Notes: a model not told the origin generated them from the letters alone. A stretch of 34,035 bases of DNA from Vicugna vicugna (GCA_013265495.1 MU058034.1:248001-282035); one strand, 5' to 3'; shown: positions 1 through 11,254, numbered from the stretch's first letter. Numbers and translations are program-made.

Positions 1-14
1 TGCCTTCTTTGTAC

Positions 15-122
15 TCATCAAATGTCAAGTGCTCACTAGCCACATGTCCCTATGGCTACTGTAGAGGGTCATGTAGATTCAAACCCTTCTATTTTTACAG
101 AAATTTTGATTCAATAGCCTTG
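15..122 (+). mobile_element. MER3-like hAT-Charlie MITE, 3' part
   Basis: 'tcaagtgctcactagccacatgtccctatggctact...cagaaattttgattcaatagccttg' resembles the MER3 terminus. It is followed by the hAT-type target site ATCTAGAG (123-130). Confidence 0.75.
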
Positions 123-130
123 ATCTAGAG

Positions 131-438
131 CAGGTGTCAGCAAACTAGTCCACTGGTCAAATCTGGCTGTGGCTGGTTTTTGCATGACTGGCAGACTAAG
201 GATATTGTTAACATCTTGAAAGGGCTTTAGAAATAAAGTGGGGGGAGAGGGAGAGAGAGAGAAAAGAAGAAAAGGAAGGAGAAGAAGGGGAAGCAGAGGA
301 GGATGGGGGAGGTGGGGAGGAGAGAGAAAGGAAGGAAGGGAAGGAGGAAGACAGGGGTGAGGAAAGAAAGAACATATATTGCCTGCAGAACCTAAAATAT
401 TTAGTCTGTGGCTCCTTCAGAGAAAGTTTGCTAACCTG
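131..438 (+). mobile_element. MER58 (MER58C-like) hAT-Charlie MITE with expanded internal purine tract
   Basis: Termini 'caggtgtcagcaaact' and 'agtttgctaacctg' are inverted repeats. Contains 'cctaaaatatttagtctgtggctccttcagagaaagtttg'. Flanked by 8-bp TSD atctagag (123-130) / agctagag (439-446). Confidence 0.9.
232..372 (+). repeat. GA-rich low-complexity polypurine tract
   Basis: Almost exclusively A/G over about 140 bp, inside the MER58. Confidence 0.95.
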
Positions 439-628
439 AGCTAGAGCTCACACCCTTCTTGTAACTTGTCCTTCCAACACAGTATCATGAGCTGGTGTTT
501 GCCACCTGTTTAAAAAGCTGCATTTGACATTGGTTGGTGACCAACTAAAAACCATGGCCCATTCCATGGTATAGAGTCATTACTACGCAGCAGGAATCCA
601 GACCAGAGATTCCTGTTCTGAGCCTTAC

Positions 629-780
629 CTCATACGTTGAGGCTATCAGAATCGTTCCCACCAATGGAAGATAAGTGTAAGTAATGGATGTTCATTTTGG
701 GTTCAAGATGTTTAAGTACTGGTTGTATGACCCTCCACAATTTTTTTCATCTCTTGCCTTTGTCTGCCAGTTGGATGATT
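629..780 (-). other. Candidate non-coding exon D (152 bp)
   Basis: Minus-strand acceptor 'cttatttccttaaacacag|' and donor 'GAG|gtaagg'. Stops in all three frames. Lies in non-repeat DNA. No transcript evidence. Confidence 0.35.
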
Positions 781-1410
781 CTGTGTTTAAGGAAATAAGA
801 CCTTTTTCAGCCTATCCTGTGGGATCTGATCAAGAGTTGTCAGCTTTATAAACTAAACATAGTTGTTAATTTGTATTGTGTCTCATTGGCTATAAATATA
901 CCAAAAGATCCACAAGATAAAAAAAAATAGTCGCAGTAGTCATGTTACAGAGTAACTATTCTGTGGGCCTCTAGACCATAAAAAATCAGTAGTTAAGAGA
1001 AAATACTCCTTTAAAGGCTACAGTGGCAACATATTGATTATCAAATTCATTCAGGGAATATTTCCTAAATCCCCAAAGCAGGTGTGAGATGAAAAGTAAA
1101 TTAATCAGTTAAAATCATATTAAGTGAAATTCCAATCACTTTAATTTTAATAAATTGCAATGATTGACCCAGACATTAATTTCAGTTGCAGGCATGGGTA
1201 ATCCAGATAAATGACATCTTGAAGAGATACAACAAAAAATAGCTCATGCAGTACTGAAAAAAATATATACATAAGAATATATTTCATTACATAGGCAACC
1301 CATCCAGAGTCTTGTTTACTGTTGCAAACTGCACTGTCTTCTATATGCAAAGCAACACAGTTTCTCCCGTGTGATGTCACTGGAGCCTCAAGGTAAAAAA
1401 TTTCATCCCG

Positions 1411-1511
1411 TTTTCTCCTCCTCTCTTTTTTCTTTTCTTCTTCTCTCTCTCATTCTCTTTCCCCTTCCTGCTTCCCTTCCTTCCTTCCTTCCTTCCTTCC
1501 TTCTTTTCTTT
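1411..1511 (+). repeat. CT-rich / (CCTT)n low-complexity tract
   Basis: Polypyrimidine run including ccttccttccttccttcc. Confidence 0.9.
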
Positions 1512-1539
1512 AAAACTTCAAAGCAACAAAGATGCATGA

Positions 1540-1838
1540 TGCATTCTGTAAAGCAGCTAGCCCACAGTCAAGTGAGAAATCCTAGCTTCCACTGCTGTCT
1601 TCTCCATTCTTTTCCTCCAGTTTGTAAACCTTTTAATTCATTTTCGGTTTATATTTCTAGTCTAGTGTTTGTCTGTTTTTAGCATAAGCAAATATATGTG
1701 TGTAAATCCACACATCTGTCAATGTCGTCATTTTCTTACACAACAGGTAGCACTCTATACATGGTTCTGCATCTTGGTTTTGCTTGTTTATTTTCTACCT
1801 AACCACACATTCTCCAGATCACTGCATAGCAATACATA
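1540..1838 (-). mobile_element. Ancient L1 (L1ME-like) 3' UTR fragment
   Basis: 'ggtagcactctatacatggttctgcatcttggttttgctt...ctccagatcactgcatagcaatacatat' resembles antisense L1ME 3' UTR. Confidence 0.6.
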
Positions 1839-1840
1839 TT

Positions 1841-2578
1841 AAAAAATTAAAAATAGAGCTATCATATGATCCAGAAATCCCACTTCTGGGTATATATTCA
1901 AAGGAAACAAAATCAGTATCTCCAAGAGATACCTGCACTCCCATGTTCATTGCAGCATTATCCACAGTAGCCAAGATACGGGAACAAAATATACAACATC
2001 TGCGGACAGATGACTGGATAAAGGAAATGTGATACACTTATACAATGGAATATTACTCACATGCCATTTGCAAAAAAACGTGAATGAAAGAATCCAGAGG
2101 ACATTATGTTACATGAAGTAAGCCAGACACAGGAAAACAAATACTATGTTATCACACCTGTATATGGAGTCTAAAAAACTGAACTCATAGAACTAGAGAG
2201 TTGAATGGTGATTACCAGGGTAAGAGTGTGGGGGATATGGAGACATGTTGGTCAGTTGATACAAACTCAGTTATAAGATGGATAAGTTTTATGAATTTAA
2301 TATACAGCATGGTGATTATAGTTAATAATGCTATATTGTATATTTGGAATTTTCTAAAAGAATAGATCTTAATTGTGCTTAGCACACATGCTTACCCACC
2401 CACCCACACACACACACACAAATGGTAACTATGTGAGGTGCTTTTTGTGCTAATTAACTTGATTGTGCCAATTAGTTTATGATATATTAAATCATCACAT
2501 AGCACACCTTAAAAATTTGCTGTACAACATAAATATATACAATTATTTGTCAATCATCTCTCAGTAACGCTTGGGAGA
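1841..2578 (+). mobile_element. L1MA8-10-like 5'-truncated L1 (end of ORF2 plus 3' UTR)
   Basis: Translation '[37 protein letters not shown]' is the L1 ORF2 C-terminus. 3' UTR motif 'aatggtaactatgtgaggtg'. Confidence 0.93.
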
Positions 2579-2588
2579 ATGCTTTTTC

Positions 2589-4150
2589 AATACACTGTCT
2601 TGATTACTGTTGCTTTATGGTAAATATTGGAATCAATAGTGTTACTGTTCAAACTTTGCTTTTTCAAAAATCACTTAAGCTATTCTTGGTAATTAATATT
2701 TTCATAAAATTTTAGAATCACTTCTCATAATCTGAAAAACATCTATTTGAATTCTTATTTTGTTTGCAGTAAACGTATAGGTCAATTTGAGGGAATTTAA
2801 ATCCTAAGTATTGAGTTTTCTAACCTACAAACATATAGTCTCTATTTAGTTTTTCTTTAATCTTTCAGCAGTCTTCTGTGGATTTCAGTGTACAGATCTT
2901 GCACATCTTTTAAATTTATCCACATATATTATTTTTGGTGTTCTTGTAAACATAAGGATTTTTGAATTTCGTTTTGCTGGCTACTGGCATATAAAAATAG
3001 ATTTTTATATCAACCTTATAGCCACTGACTTTGCTAAGTTTACTAATGATGAAAGTTATTTTGCAGATTCCTGAGGATTTTCTATGTAAATAATCATGTT
3101 ATCTGAAAATAAAGGAAATTTACTTTGTTTTTTATGACTTTTTTTCCTTGCTTCATTGCAATGTCTAGAATTTTTAATATAATCATGAACAGAAATTGAA
3201 AGAACAAACATCCATGGCTTGTTTCTGATTTCTGGAGAAAAGTCTTTAACATTTTTCTATTAAAGGTGATCTTAGCAGTTGAGATACTCTTTAATAGATG
3301 TTGTTTATCAGGTTGAAGATATTTTCTTCTATTTATAGTTTGCTGAAAGTTTTCATCATGATGTTAAATTTTGTCAAATGTTTCTTCTACATCTCTTGAA
3401 TAGACCATTATATTCTCCTTTATTTTGTAAATTATGATGGGTTATTTTTTTGAATATTGAGTCAGTCTTCCATTTCTGAGAAAATTTCCCAGGAATGGTT
3501 TGTTAATAATCTGCTAAGAATATTTACATACATGTTCACGTGCATGTGTATTAGTTTGTGTTTGTGTTGTTTGTTTGTTTGTTGTTATGCCTCTGTTATT
3601 ATCTAGAATGTCAGTGTCACAAAAGGCTTTGAAAAGTCTTCCCTATTTTATGCAAGAGTTTGTGTATGAATGATTTTATTTCTTCCTTAAATATTTGGCA
3701 GAATTTACCCATGAAGCAAACTGAACCTGTAATTTTTCTTTTAGGAAGATATTTAATAGTTCAATTTGTATCATTAATGTAGGACTATTCAGGTTATCTA
3801 TTTTTTTTCTTGACTGAGATATCACAGTTTTTATCTCTAAAAGAATTTTTCATGACATTTAAAATGTCATTTTGTGGGGCAGAATGTGGTTTGTAGTATA
3901 ACATTATTCTTTTAATATCTGAAGGACATTTTATTTCTAATACTGGTGATTCATAGCCTCTAATTTTGTTGAATATTTTGATCTTCTTTTTCAATGAACA
4001 ATTATTTATTAATTGGCATTAATTATTTTCTCTACCATTTGCATCTTTTCTATTTTGTTAATTTTTCTTTCAGCATTAATATGTCCTTTCTTCTCTTTAC
4101 TTTGAGTTTACATTGATCCTCTTTTTCCATATCCTTTAGCTGACATTTAA
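2589..4150 (-). mobile_element. Ancient L1 ORF2 remnant (L1M/L1ME-like)
   Basis: Antisense ORF2 motifs 'tacactgtcttgattactgttgctttat', 'tttatcaggttgaagatattttcttctatttatagtttgctgaaagtttt', 'ttccttaaatatttggcagaatttacccatgaagc'. Confidence 0.85.
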
Positions 4151-4224
4151 AGCTAGAAATTACCCCCCTAAATTCTACCTCAGGCTCAGTTCAGTTTTTT
4201 TCTTAATCTTTTTTTCCCCTATCG

Positions 4225-5127
4225 TTTTTTGATTTAATGGAATCTATTGGTAGGTCCTCAAGTGCACTGGCCCTTTTCTCTGTCATCTTTTTCTACTATT
4301 AAGCTCATCTAGTGATTTTATTTGATACTTATTTCAATTCTAACATTTTCTTTTATTTCCTTTTATGTTGTCTATGTCTTTGTTGAGATTTCCTGTTTTC
4401 ACTTATTATGAAGGCATATTCATTTACCTTACAAACTATAATGGATGCTTACCATCTGCATCTGATAATTCTAACCTCTGCGCCATCTGTCGGTGATCTT
4501 TTACCTTAGAATTGAGTCACACTCCTGGCCTTCGTATATCTAGTCATTTTGGATTGTATCCTGGACATTGTATGTAGACTCTGGATTCTGTTCTATATTT
4601 TATTTTACTTTAGCAATTTACTTGTTAAGGCCCAAACTGCAGACTGTCGTACCTGTAGTGCACAGTGACTCACATTTTCCTTGTTTGGCAGTTCTTAGTT
4701 GTAAGTTGCTTTAATTCGGCTCACTGCTCGCCACTCCCTGTATCCGTGACTCAGTGATCAGCCAAGAACTTGGGCTGAGTTTGTGTATGAATGGATGTTT
4801 CCTCTCTCCAGCTCGCCCCTCTCTGCTCCTTACTCTTCGGCATCACTTGTTACTCAGAGTTTTTTCTCCTAGTCCCTTTGACCAGAAATCATTTTAGCCT
4901 GTCTCCACTGAAATTGCATCTACCCTAAGGGTAAAGCACTAATAAACATGGGGATCTGCTACATGCTGGTCATTTCCTCCAAGTCTTAACTTCTCTTTTA
5001 GAAACTTCCTATTTTGTTCAGCTTCCAAAGCCCTCAGCTATTTGCTTTTTGTATTTTATCCAGAATTTAAAGCTGTTATGTGAGGAAAGTTTTGTTAGGA
5101 GCTCACTTCTCCATCTCAAAAGTATAA
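4225..5127 (-). mobile_element. Ancient L1 ORF1 / 5' UTR remnant (L1MD/L1ME-like)
   Basis: 'ctattaagctcatctagtgatttt', 'tttggattgtatcctggacattgt...tagactctggattctg' and terminal 'gctcacttctccatctc' are typical of old L1 5' ends in antisense. Confidence 0.7.
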
Positions 5128-6459
5128 ACTTCATGTTCAGTAATTTTTAATGACTAAAAGAATAATGAAACAAATTTTCCCTCAAATGAAATACATGAAT
5201 TTTAATATACTTTTTCAGATTCATTAATAAACATTTGGAAAAGGACAATCACAGTGGTGCTTTTCTGAAATTTTTATTTACATATCAATCCCATTAAATG
5301 CATTAGTTGATTTCAGTGTATGTGTTGAAATGCACAGGGCTGAACTGTTCAGGTAATCTATTCTTGCACATCACTGAGGAAATGATTTCTGCTTGATTGC
5401 CTCTAAAGCATGGTTCATTCACATTTAATTAGCATAAGAGTAGGCCACTTATAACATTAATCCACAAAGCTGAATTTATAATTTGTAAGAGATGGCAACT
5501 TTGAAGTTGACATTTCTTTTATATCAATAAGATTGCAGCTGTAGATGAAGTGCAAATGGCATATTATGCAAAATAAAAGTTTAATTATGAGGAAAAACTT
5601 CAATTGAATATTTCTGTTTGATTAATAATCTATAAGCAGATACCATCTAATTTAAATTTACACAAAAGCATAACTGCTGTTGAAAAACTGCTACAATTTA
5701 GCAGTGACACAAATCCGAATCTTTTTTCCTCCATCTTTTTGTGTATAGGCAAACTCGTATGTGAACTGTCCTTAGAATTAATGCCTAGCGAATAGGAAAG
5801 CAATAAACCTTTACTTTTAGCCATTCTATTTCATGTTCATTCATGTATTTATCTTGTAAATATCCTTTTTTTGGTGTTTATGAAACTAGAATGTTTTTCA
5901 ACTTGGTATAGTTGCCTACTCTTAGAATAGCACTCATTTAATTCAAACTCTTTGAGAATTGTTCTAGTTTGCCAAAGACCATCTTCACATATTGACTAGA
6001 ATTAAACACAGAACTTACTCAAGTAAAATGGGTTCTAAGTAAAATATGATGCATTTCACTTTTTCCATTGTCCGGACTTCAAAATAGTATTAACTTATAG
6101 TAAGATTTAATTAGTTTTTGTTTTAATGTTTTTGTTTATCAGCCTTGCTCTTGTAACAGCAACTACAAACACCAGCTACTCAAGTATAAATTGATGATTA
6201 AAGGCTACATCTTTTTCATATTAAATGCTTTCAAGTTACAAATCCCAGAAATCTGTAACACAGATAAATAACTTAAAAGTATTCCTATTAAAATTGATCA
6301 TAGTGATAGATACAGATATAGATCTATTTACCATTTGGTGAAGTTCTGTCGCATTATATAGGAATGTATAGAGGGAAAAAGGACTTGGGCTAATGAACAT
6401 TAAATAAGGAGATAGAAAACCTTATTCTTTACTAGCTGAACAATACTAATGCATAACTT

Positions 6460-7122
6460 TGAAACTGAGTCCCTCTAAAACTGAGTTTCCCTGCTGAAGT
6501 TATGATTAATCTCTATATATAAAACTCCATTCCCTTTCTTGTCCCACCCCTGTTCTTCTCAGGATTGAGAAATATCAAAGAAAAGTTGGGCTGTATGTGG
6601 CACTCCAAGGTAAAAAAGACCCTCTGTGTCCCCTGCTTCTTGATTGTGGGAAAAAAAAGTTTAGTCTCCTAGGCCTCCCTTGATTTCCAAATAGCAGATT
6701 CAAGCAGTTAATGTTTAGAACGATAGAGTAACATGCCTCCTGAAGGAAGTAGATAGCTATCTGTTGCATGTATTTGAGTTGTTCTGCAGAATCTGAGACC
6801 CCTACCTAGTGGAGGGTGGTGACAACATGCTGACCACAAGCATGTAGACTCCAGACTGGTTGGAACCAGAAAGCTGATGATTGATATTCCTGAAGCATCC
6901 ACCTTATTTCCTCACCACCAGCCAGACAGAAGAAGGTCCTCAGGCTGATCAGGCATCCTACCACCCCATCTCCTAATACTATCTTTAAAAACTCTTGCCT
7001 AAAAGTCATCAAGGAGTTTGGGTCTTTTGAGCATGAGCTGCCCATTCTCCTTCACCACCCAGTGTCAGTAGATTGGCTTTGGGGCAAGTTGAATGAGCAG
7101 ACCTGAGTTTTATTTGGCAACA
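6460..7122 (+). mobile_element. ERV1 solo LTR, MER41-like cetartiodactyl family
   Basis: TG...CA termini ('tgaaactgag'...'tttggcaaca') with a perfect 4-bp TSD ACTT (6456-6459, 7123-7126). TATA-like 'ctttaaaaa'. 3' region 'gggtcttttgagcatgagctgccc...gtgtcagtagattggcttt'. Confidence 0.9.
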
Positions 7123-7185
7123 ACTTTAGGCAAATCATTTGACCTCTCAAGGCCTCTGTTTCTTTAACTGTGAAATTAGATATAT
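7123..7185 (+). mobile_element. MIR fragment (host of the LTR insertion; left part about 6385-6459)
   Basis: 'actttaggcaaatcatttgacctctcaaggcctctgtttctttaactgtgaaat' is the MIR core. Confidence 0.8.
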
Positions 7186-7353
7186 TTTGTATTAAATCAC
7201 TCTTAGCTTTTTTTCCCTCAAAAACTAACATTTCCATGAATAACACCCCTGAATGTAAGCAGGAATTTAACAGTCTTTAGGTACAAGTCTGCTTGTTAAA
7301 AGGATAGAAGGCTCAAAGCAGTGACGCTTTTCACAATCTCATTTACCTGTAAA

Positions 7354-7553
7354 TTTTATTTTTATTCAAGTGTAGTTGATTTACAATGTTAGTTTCAGGT
7401 GTACAGCAAAGCGACTCAGCCATACATATACACAAACATATATATACGTGTATTTTTTCTTTGAGATTCCTGACAGCAGGGACCTACTGTATGTCACAGG
7501 GAACTGTATTCAGTTTCTTGTGTTAACATACAATGGAAAGGAATCTTAAAGAA
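7354..7553 (-). mobile_element. Short cetartiodactyl-type L1 3' end with 5' inversion
   Basis: 7354-7470 is antisense L1 3' terminus. 7471-7553 is the immediately upstream 3' UTR segment in the opposite orientation ('gacctactgtatgtcacagggaact'). Confidence 0.85.
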
Positions 7554-7731
7554 GGCTCTTGTGTATATGTTGAGGACTCAAAGATCTATTAGACACAGTC
7601 TATTAGACAAATCTGAAGAAGCTGGCTATTTTTATGGAGTAATAGGGTTATACATATGAAAACATAATGAATGTTTCAAAAAGTGCTACAGTAATACATA
7701 TTTACAAAGTCAATGTGTGTGTATGTGTGTG

Positions 7732-8018
7732 TTTTATTGAAGTATAGCTGATTTAAAATGTTGTGCTAGATTCGAGTGTACAGCATAGTGATTCTATATA
7801 TAGACACTTTTCCAGATTCTTTTCCTTATAGGTTGTTCCAAGACATTGAGTATAGTTCCCTGTGCTATACAGTAGGTCCTTGTTGTTTATTTATTTTTAT
7901 ATATGGTAGTGTGTATCTGTTAATCCCAAACTACTAATTTATCCTTCCCCCCACCTTTTCCCCTCTGGTAACCATAAGTTTATTTCCTATGTCTGTGAAT
8001 CTGTTTCTGTTTTTTAAA
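7732..8018 (-). mobile_element. Cetartiodactyl-type L1 3' UTR fragment
   Basis: 'ttttattgaagtatagctgattta...tatagttccctgtgctatacagtaggtccttgttg...ggtaaccataagttt'. Confidence 0.92.
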
Positions 8019-8487
8019 TGTTATAAAGACCTTATAATCAGATATATAAGACATTAAATAGTACATTTCAACCCCGTATTTCCTGGCTATACTTCTATGC
8101 CTAGTAAAAGAGATGATCTCATTCAATATCTAAAAGCATCTCTTCAAAAATACTTTCTTTAGCTTTTCTACTTGCCCTTTTGAGCCATGTAAATTTTGCC
8201 CTTATTTTTTCCCTTCTACTTTTTGATGTGAAGTTGCTGATCTTACGAGACTGGGATTTTTATGAAAGGAAGGGAAAGTCTTCCTTGCAGGCAGATGTTC
8301 TATGTGAGAAAAAAAAATGCATGTGTTTGCAAGGTGACAGCTCTTCGACGGGTCATTCGTTGAGCAGTCAAAGTACACACAGATTATACAACAATGGCTG
8401 CGGGGAAGGCAGAGCTTTGCAAATTGCTTTAATTGTATCTACCAGGGATTCATTTTGTGCTCTGAAAAAGCTACTAAGTCACTGACT

Positions 8488-8790
8488 GTTTTAAATAATA
8501 TTGCAATGAATACATATATACATAAATTGGTATATGTCTCTCTTCTTATTTTCCTTGAAATAACCTCTATGAAGTATAATTATCATGAACAAGCTTAAAA
8601 GCAAATAATTTAAGATAAATGATTATTATTAAGGTTCTTGATATACATTGACATGTTACCTCCCAGAAAGTTGGTACATTGGCTGTTTTACCTGGAATGT
8701 TTAAGAGTCATACTTGCTTTCACCTCTCTCAACATTCTAGGTATTATCACTTAAGTGATTAAAAATCCATATATAAATTTTCTCATATGA
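8488..8790 (-). mobile_element. Ancient L1ME-like 3' fragment
   Basis: 'aataatattgcaatgaatac...ggttcttgatatacattgacatgttacctcccagaaagttggtac'. Confidence 0.65.
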
Positions 8791-9339
8791 TAAATGAGCA
8801 TGGTCTATGGGGAAAAAAAAACAGACTAGATTTACGTCCGAATTTTCTGGTCAAAATACAGCCTGTCATTCTCTTTTGGTGACAAAGATTCCATATTGCT
8901 TGTGATTTGGAATAGGCACAAAAAAGAGTCCAGTCTCACCTCTGAGAGTGGCAGTGACCAAAACACAAAACAGATCTTTTCTCTCCCCTGGTGTCTGAAG
9001 AGGCAGGTAAGCCAGGGTGTCAGCTCAAGCTCCTGTGTAACATGTGGGCATAACAAAGCTTGCCTGGAAGGGCTTGGCCTCCCTTCAGCTGTGTTTTACT
9101 TCAGTTTCCTGACAGCTATTACCAGGTCAGCCAAGCAGCGGAGAAAAGGAGAAAAGGCATATTTTTAAAGCTGCACTTTGTGCAAAATAAATCTTAACTA
9201 TTTCAGAGCAGTGGTATTTCTTCATCAGAATTTGGATCTATGAATGAATTTGATCCACTGTCCCAGGGGTACGATCAGCAGAAAGTTGACTTTTTTTCCT
9301 GAAAGATAAAATATTTATGCAGTATTTTTTTTTAATCAG

Positions 9340-9400
9340 GAGACATTTATTAAGCAACACTCTTTGCAGACCTGGTGCAGAGCTATCTATGCAAACTTAA
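9340..9400 (-). mobile_element. L2 3' end fragment
   Basis: 'acatttattaagcaacactctttgcagacctggtgcagagct' resembles the antisense L2 tail. Confidence 0.55.
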
Positions 9401-10039
9401 ACTGAGGTGAACACTTAGGTGTTTACTTCTTAAGAAAGATATAAGGTGCATCAGAAACTGAATGCTGAGTAAGAACACGCATTTATAAAGACTCAGTTTA
9501 TAAAAGCAAAGAGGGGAATTTATCTTAGGTTGATGGAGAAAACACCAAGAAAGGGACAAGCCACAGTTTAAATCATCCTCCCTGCAAGCTATTTTATGTG
9601 ACAACGGTAGCTTTAGAGAAGGTGCCATCTTCCAGATATAAGGACGCCCTTTCAAACAAATTGATGCTCTGTGACAAGACTGCTTCTTTTTGTAAAATGG
9701 GGTGATGACATCTGATTCTTGAGGTTGTCCTCCTGAGAGAGTACCCTGGGACCCTATTTTCAGAATTTGTCAACATTCTAGTCTTCCTTGTGTATCCCTC
9801 AGAAACTTCAGTCTCCTGGCATCAGTCTTAGAACAACCTGTCTTATATAAGGAGCTATCCAACTGCTGATTTAAAATCAAGCTGCCTAAGTGTAATCCTC
9901 ATACCTGTCATTTCAGCCCACACTACTCACCCACTCGCTGCAACATAACAACATTCTCTGAGCCAGAATCGCACCCCCCCCCCAGTTGTTGTGTTTTGTC
10001 AGGGTAATTGTTGTCATGATTCACAGCCACTGTCTCTTT

Positions 10040-10291
10040 CCCTCAGGAAATGCCACTTGGATTTATCCTCCTTCCTTCTTCCTGAACACCATTCATTTCA
10101 TGACCCTGCATCTGCCAGAGTCTCTTACCTATTACCTCACTCGCTTGCAGTGTGCCAATATCAATATTATTGTCCATTATATTTTTTCATCAGGTCATTT
10201 ATTTTTTGAAAACATTAAGTAACCACCTTTCTTACCAAATTGTCAAAACTCCTTTAATGAGACAAAGTCATGCGTATCCAAAAAGTCTTCA
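10040..10291 (+). mobile_element. Degenerate L2 fragment
   Basis: 'tttcatgaccctgcatctgccagagtctcttacctattacctcact' and the downstream pyrimidine-rich pattern resemble L2. Confidence 0.45.
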
Positions 10292-10307
10292 ATTTCATCT
10301 CTCATTC

Positions 10308-10401
10308 TTTTTTTTTTAACATTTTTATTGATTTATAATCATTTTACAGTGTTGTGTCAAATTCCAGTGTTCGGCACAATTTTTCAGTCATTCATGGACA
10401 T
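10308..10401 (-). mobile_element. Young camelid-type L1 3' terminus (about 94 bp) with poly(A) and TSD
   Basis: Poly-T followed by 'aacatttttattgatttataatcattttacagtgttgtgtcaaattccagtgt'. TSD atttcatctctcattct (10292-10308) / atttcatctctctcattct (10402-10420). Confidence 0.92.
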
Positions 10402-11171
10402 ATTTCATCTCTCTCATTCTTACCACAAATAGTTCGGGAAACATGAATTACCCAGTGAATTATACAATGTGTAACTGAATTTTTTCAAAAAATTTAAATG
10501 GTTTTTGTAATTTAATAAATGATTTCATGACCCACCACTTTTTTTTATAACTTCTTGCTTAAAGCTGAGTTCTATTTCTACAGAGTTTTCCATGATCTTA
10601 ACAATAGACTATGAGAATGAGAAGATAATAATCTTATAGAGAAAATTAATCACCAGTATTTACCTGCTTTACAGACTAGGTCATGGCTATACTTTGGAAA
10701 ATAAAGGAAGTTTGAGGTTGTCTTCTTGGGTAGATGAGAATTAATAGGCATGTGTTCGGTATAATCTGGGTCTGAGACACCACATATTTTGTATCATTTA
10801 ATGCTGATAGGAAACATGCTAGTTAACATTCTTTCTTCAGTGTTGAAGTTGAGAAGACTATGAGTTAGACAATATATCATAATTTTTCTAAGATAACACA
10901 ATTTGTGAACTGGGGGAGGGGGTTAAAATTTTAAACTCTTCTATCACCCCATGCTATCTCTCTGAATGTTAAAGATAAGCATTTTAAATAACAGCATTGC
11001 TTCTCTGATCAACTCAATTTCTATTTCCTAATCTATCCAAATTCTCATTAATTGACAACTCTTAGAATCTGAGACATTTCTACTTATGTCTCAATATAGC
11101 AGTTAACTGTGTGGTATATGTTTTAATATTTACAAACTTATTAAGGCATGGGAAATAGGATCTATTAGCAC

Positions 11172-11254
11172 CTGAATAATTTTCTGTTGAACTTCTTCTA
11201 TAATGTTTCCAAACCAGAAAGGGTCAGTTCTTTCTTGCATTTCAGTGTTGTGAT
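11172..11254 (-). other. Candidate exon C (83 bp, or the start of a terminal exon)
   Basis: Minus-strand acceptor 'ctttgttttttccctcag|' preceded by about 120 nt of pyrimidine-rich sequence. Donor 'CAG|gtgcta' is weak. Confidence 0.3.

Noticed and set aside
551..615. Short inverted repeats (accatgg/ccatggt; caggaatc/gattcctg), also tgagacat/atgtctca at 11070-11093
   Set aside because: Arms of 7-8 bp are expected by chance in 34 kb. No pre-miRNA-length stem.
1295..1392. Plus-strand exon-like segment (catag|GCAACC...CAAG|gtaaaa)
   Set aside because: Weak polypyrimidine tract and donor, unrecognised peptides, and no partner exons.
1371..1682. 103-aa hydrophobic ORF
   Set aside because: The F/L/S/P richness comes from the CT-rich low-complexity tract and an old L1 fragment.
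1784..2032. ORF with L1 ORF2 C-terminal similarity
   Set aside because: Decayed, truncated L1 fragment, not a functional CDS.
7585..7609. Short direct repeats such as tctattagaca x2, also near 15625-15657, 19161-19181 and 19472-19497
   Set aside because: Ordinary slippage micro-duplications with only two units each. Not a CRISPR-like or other array.
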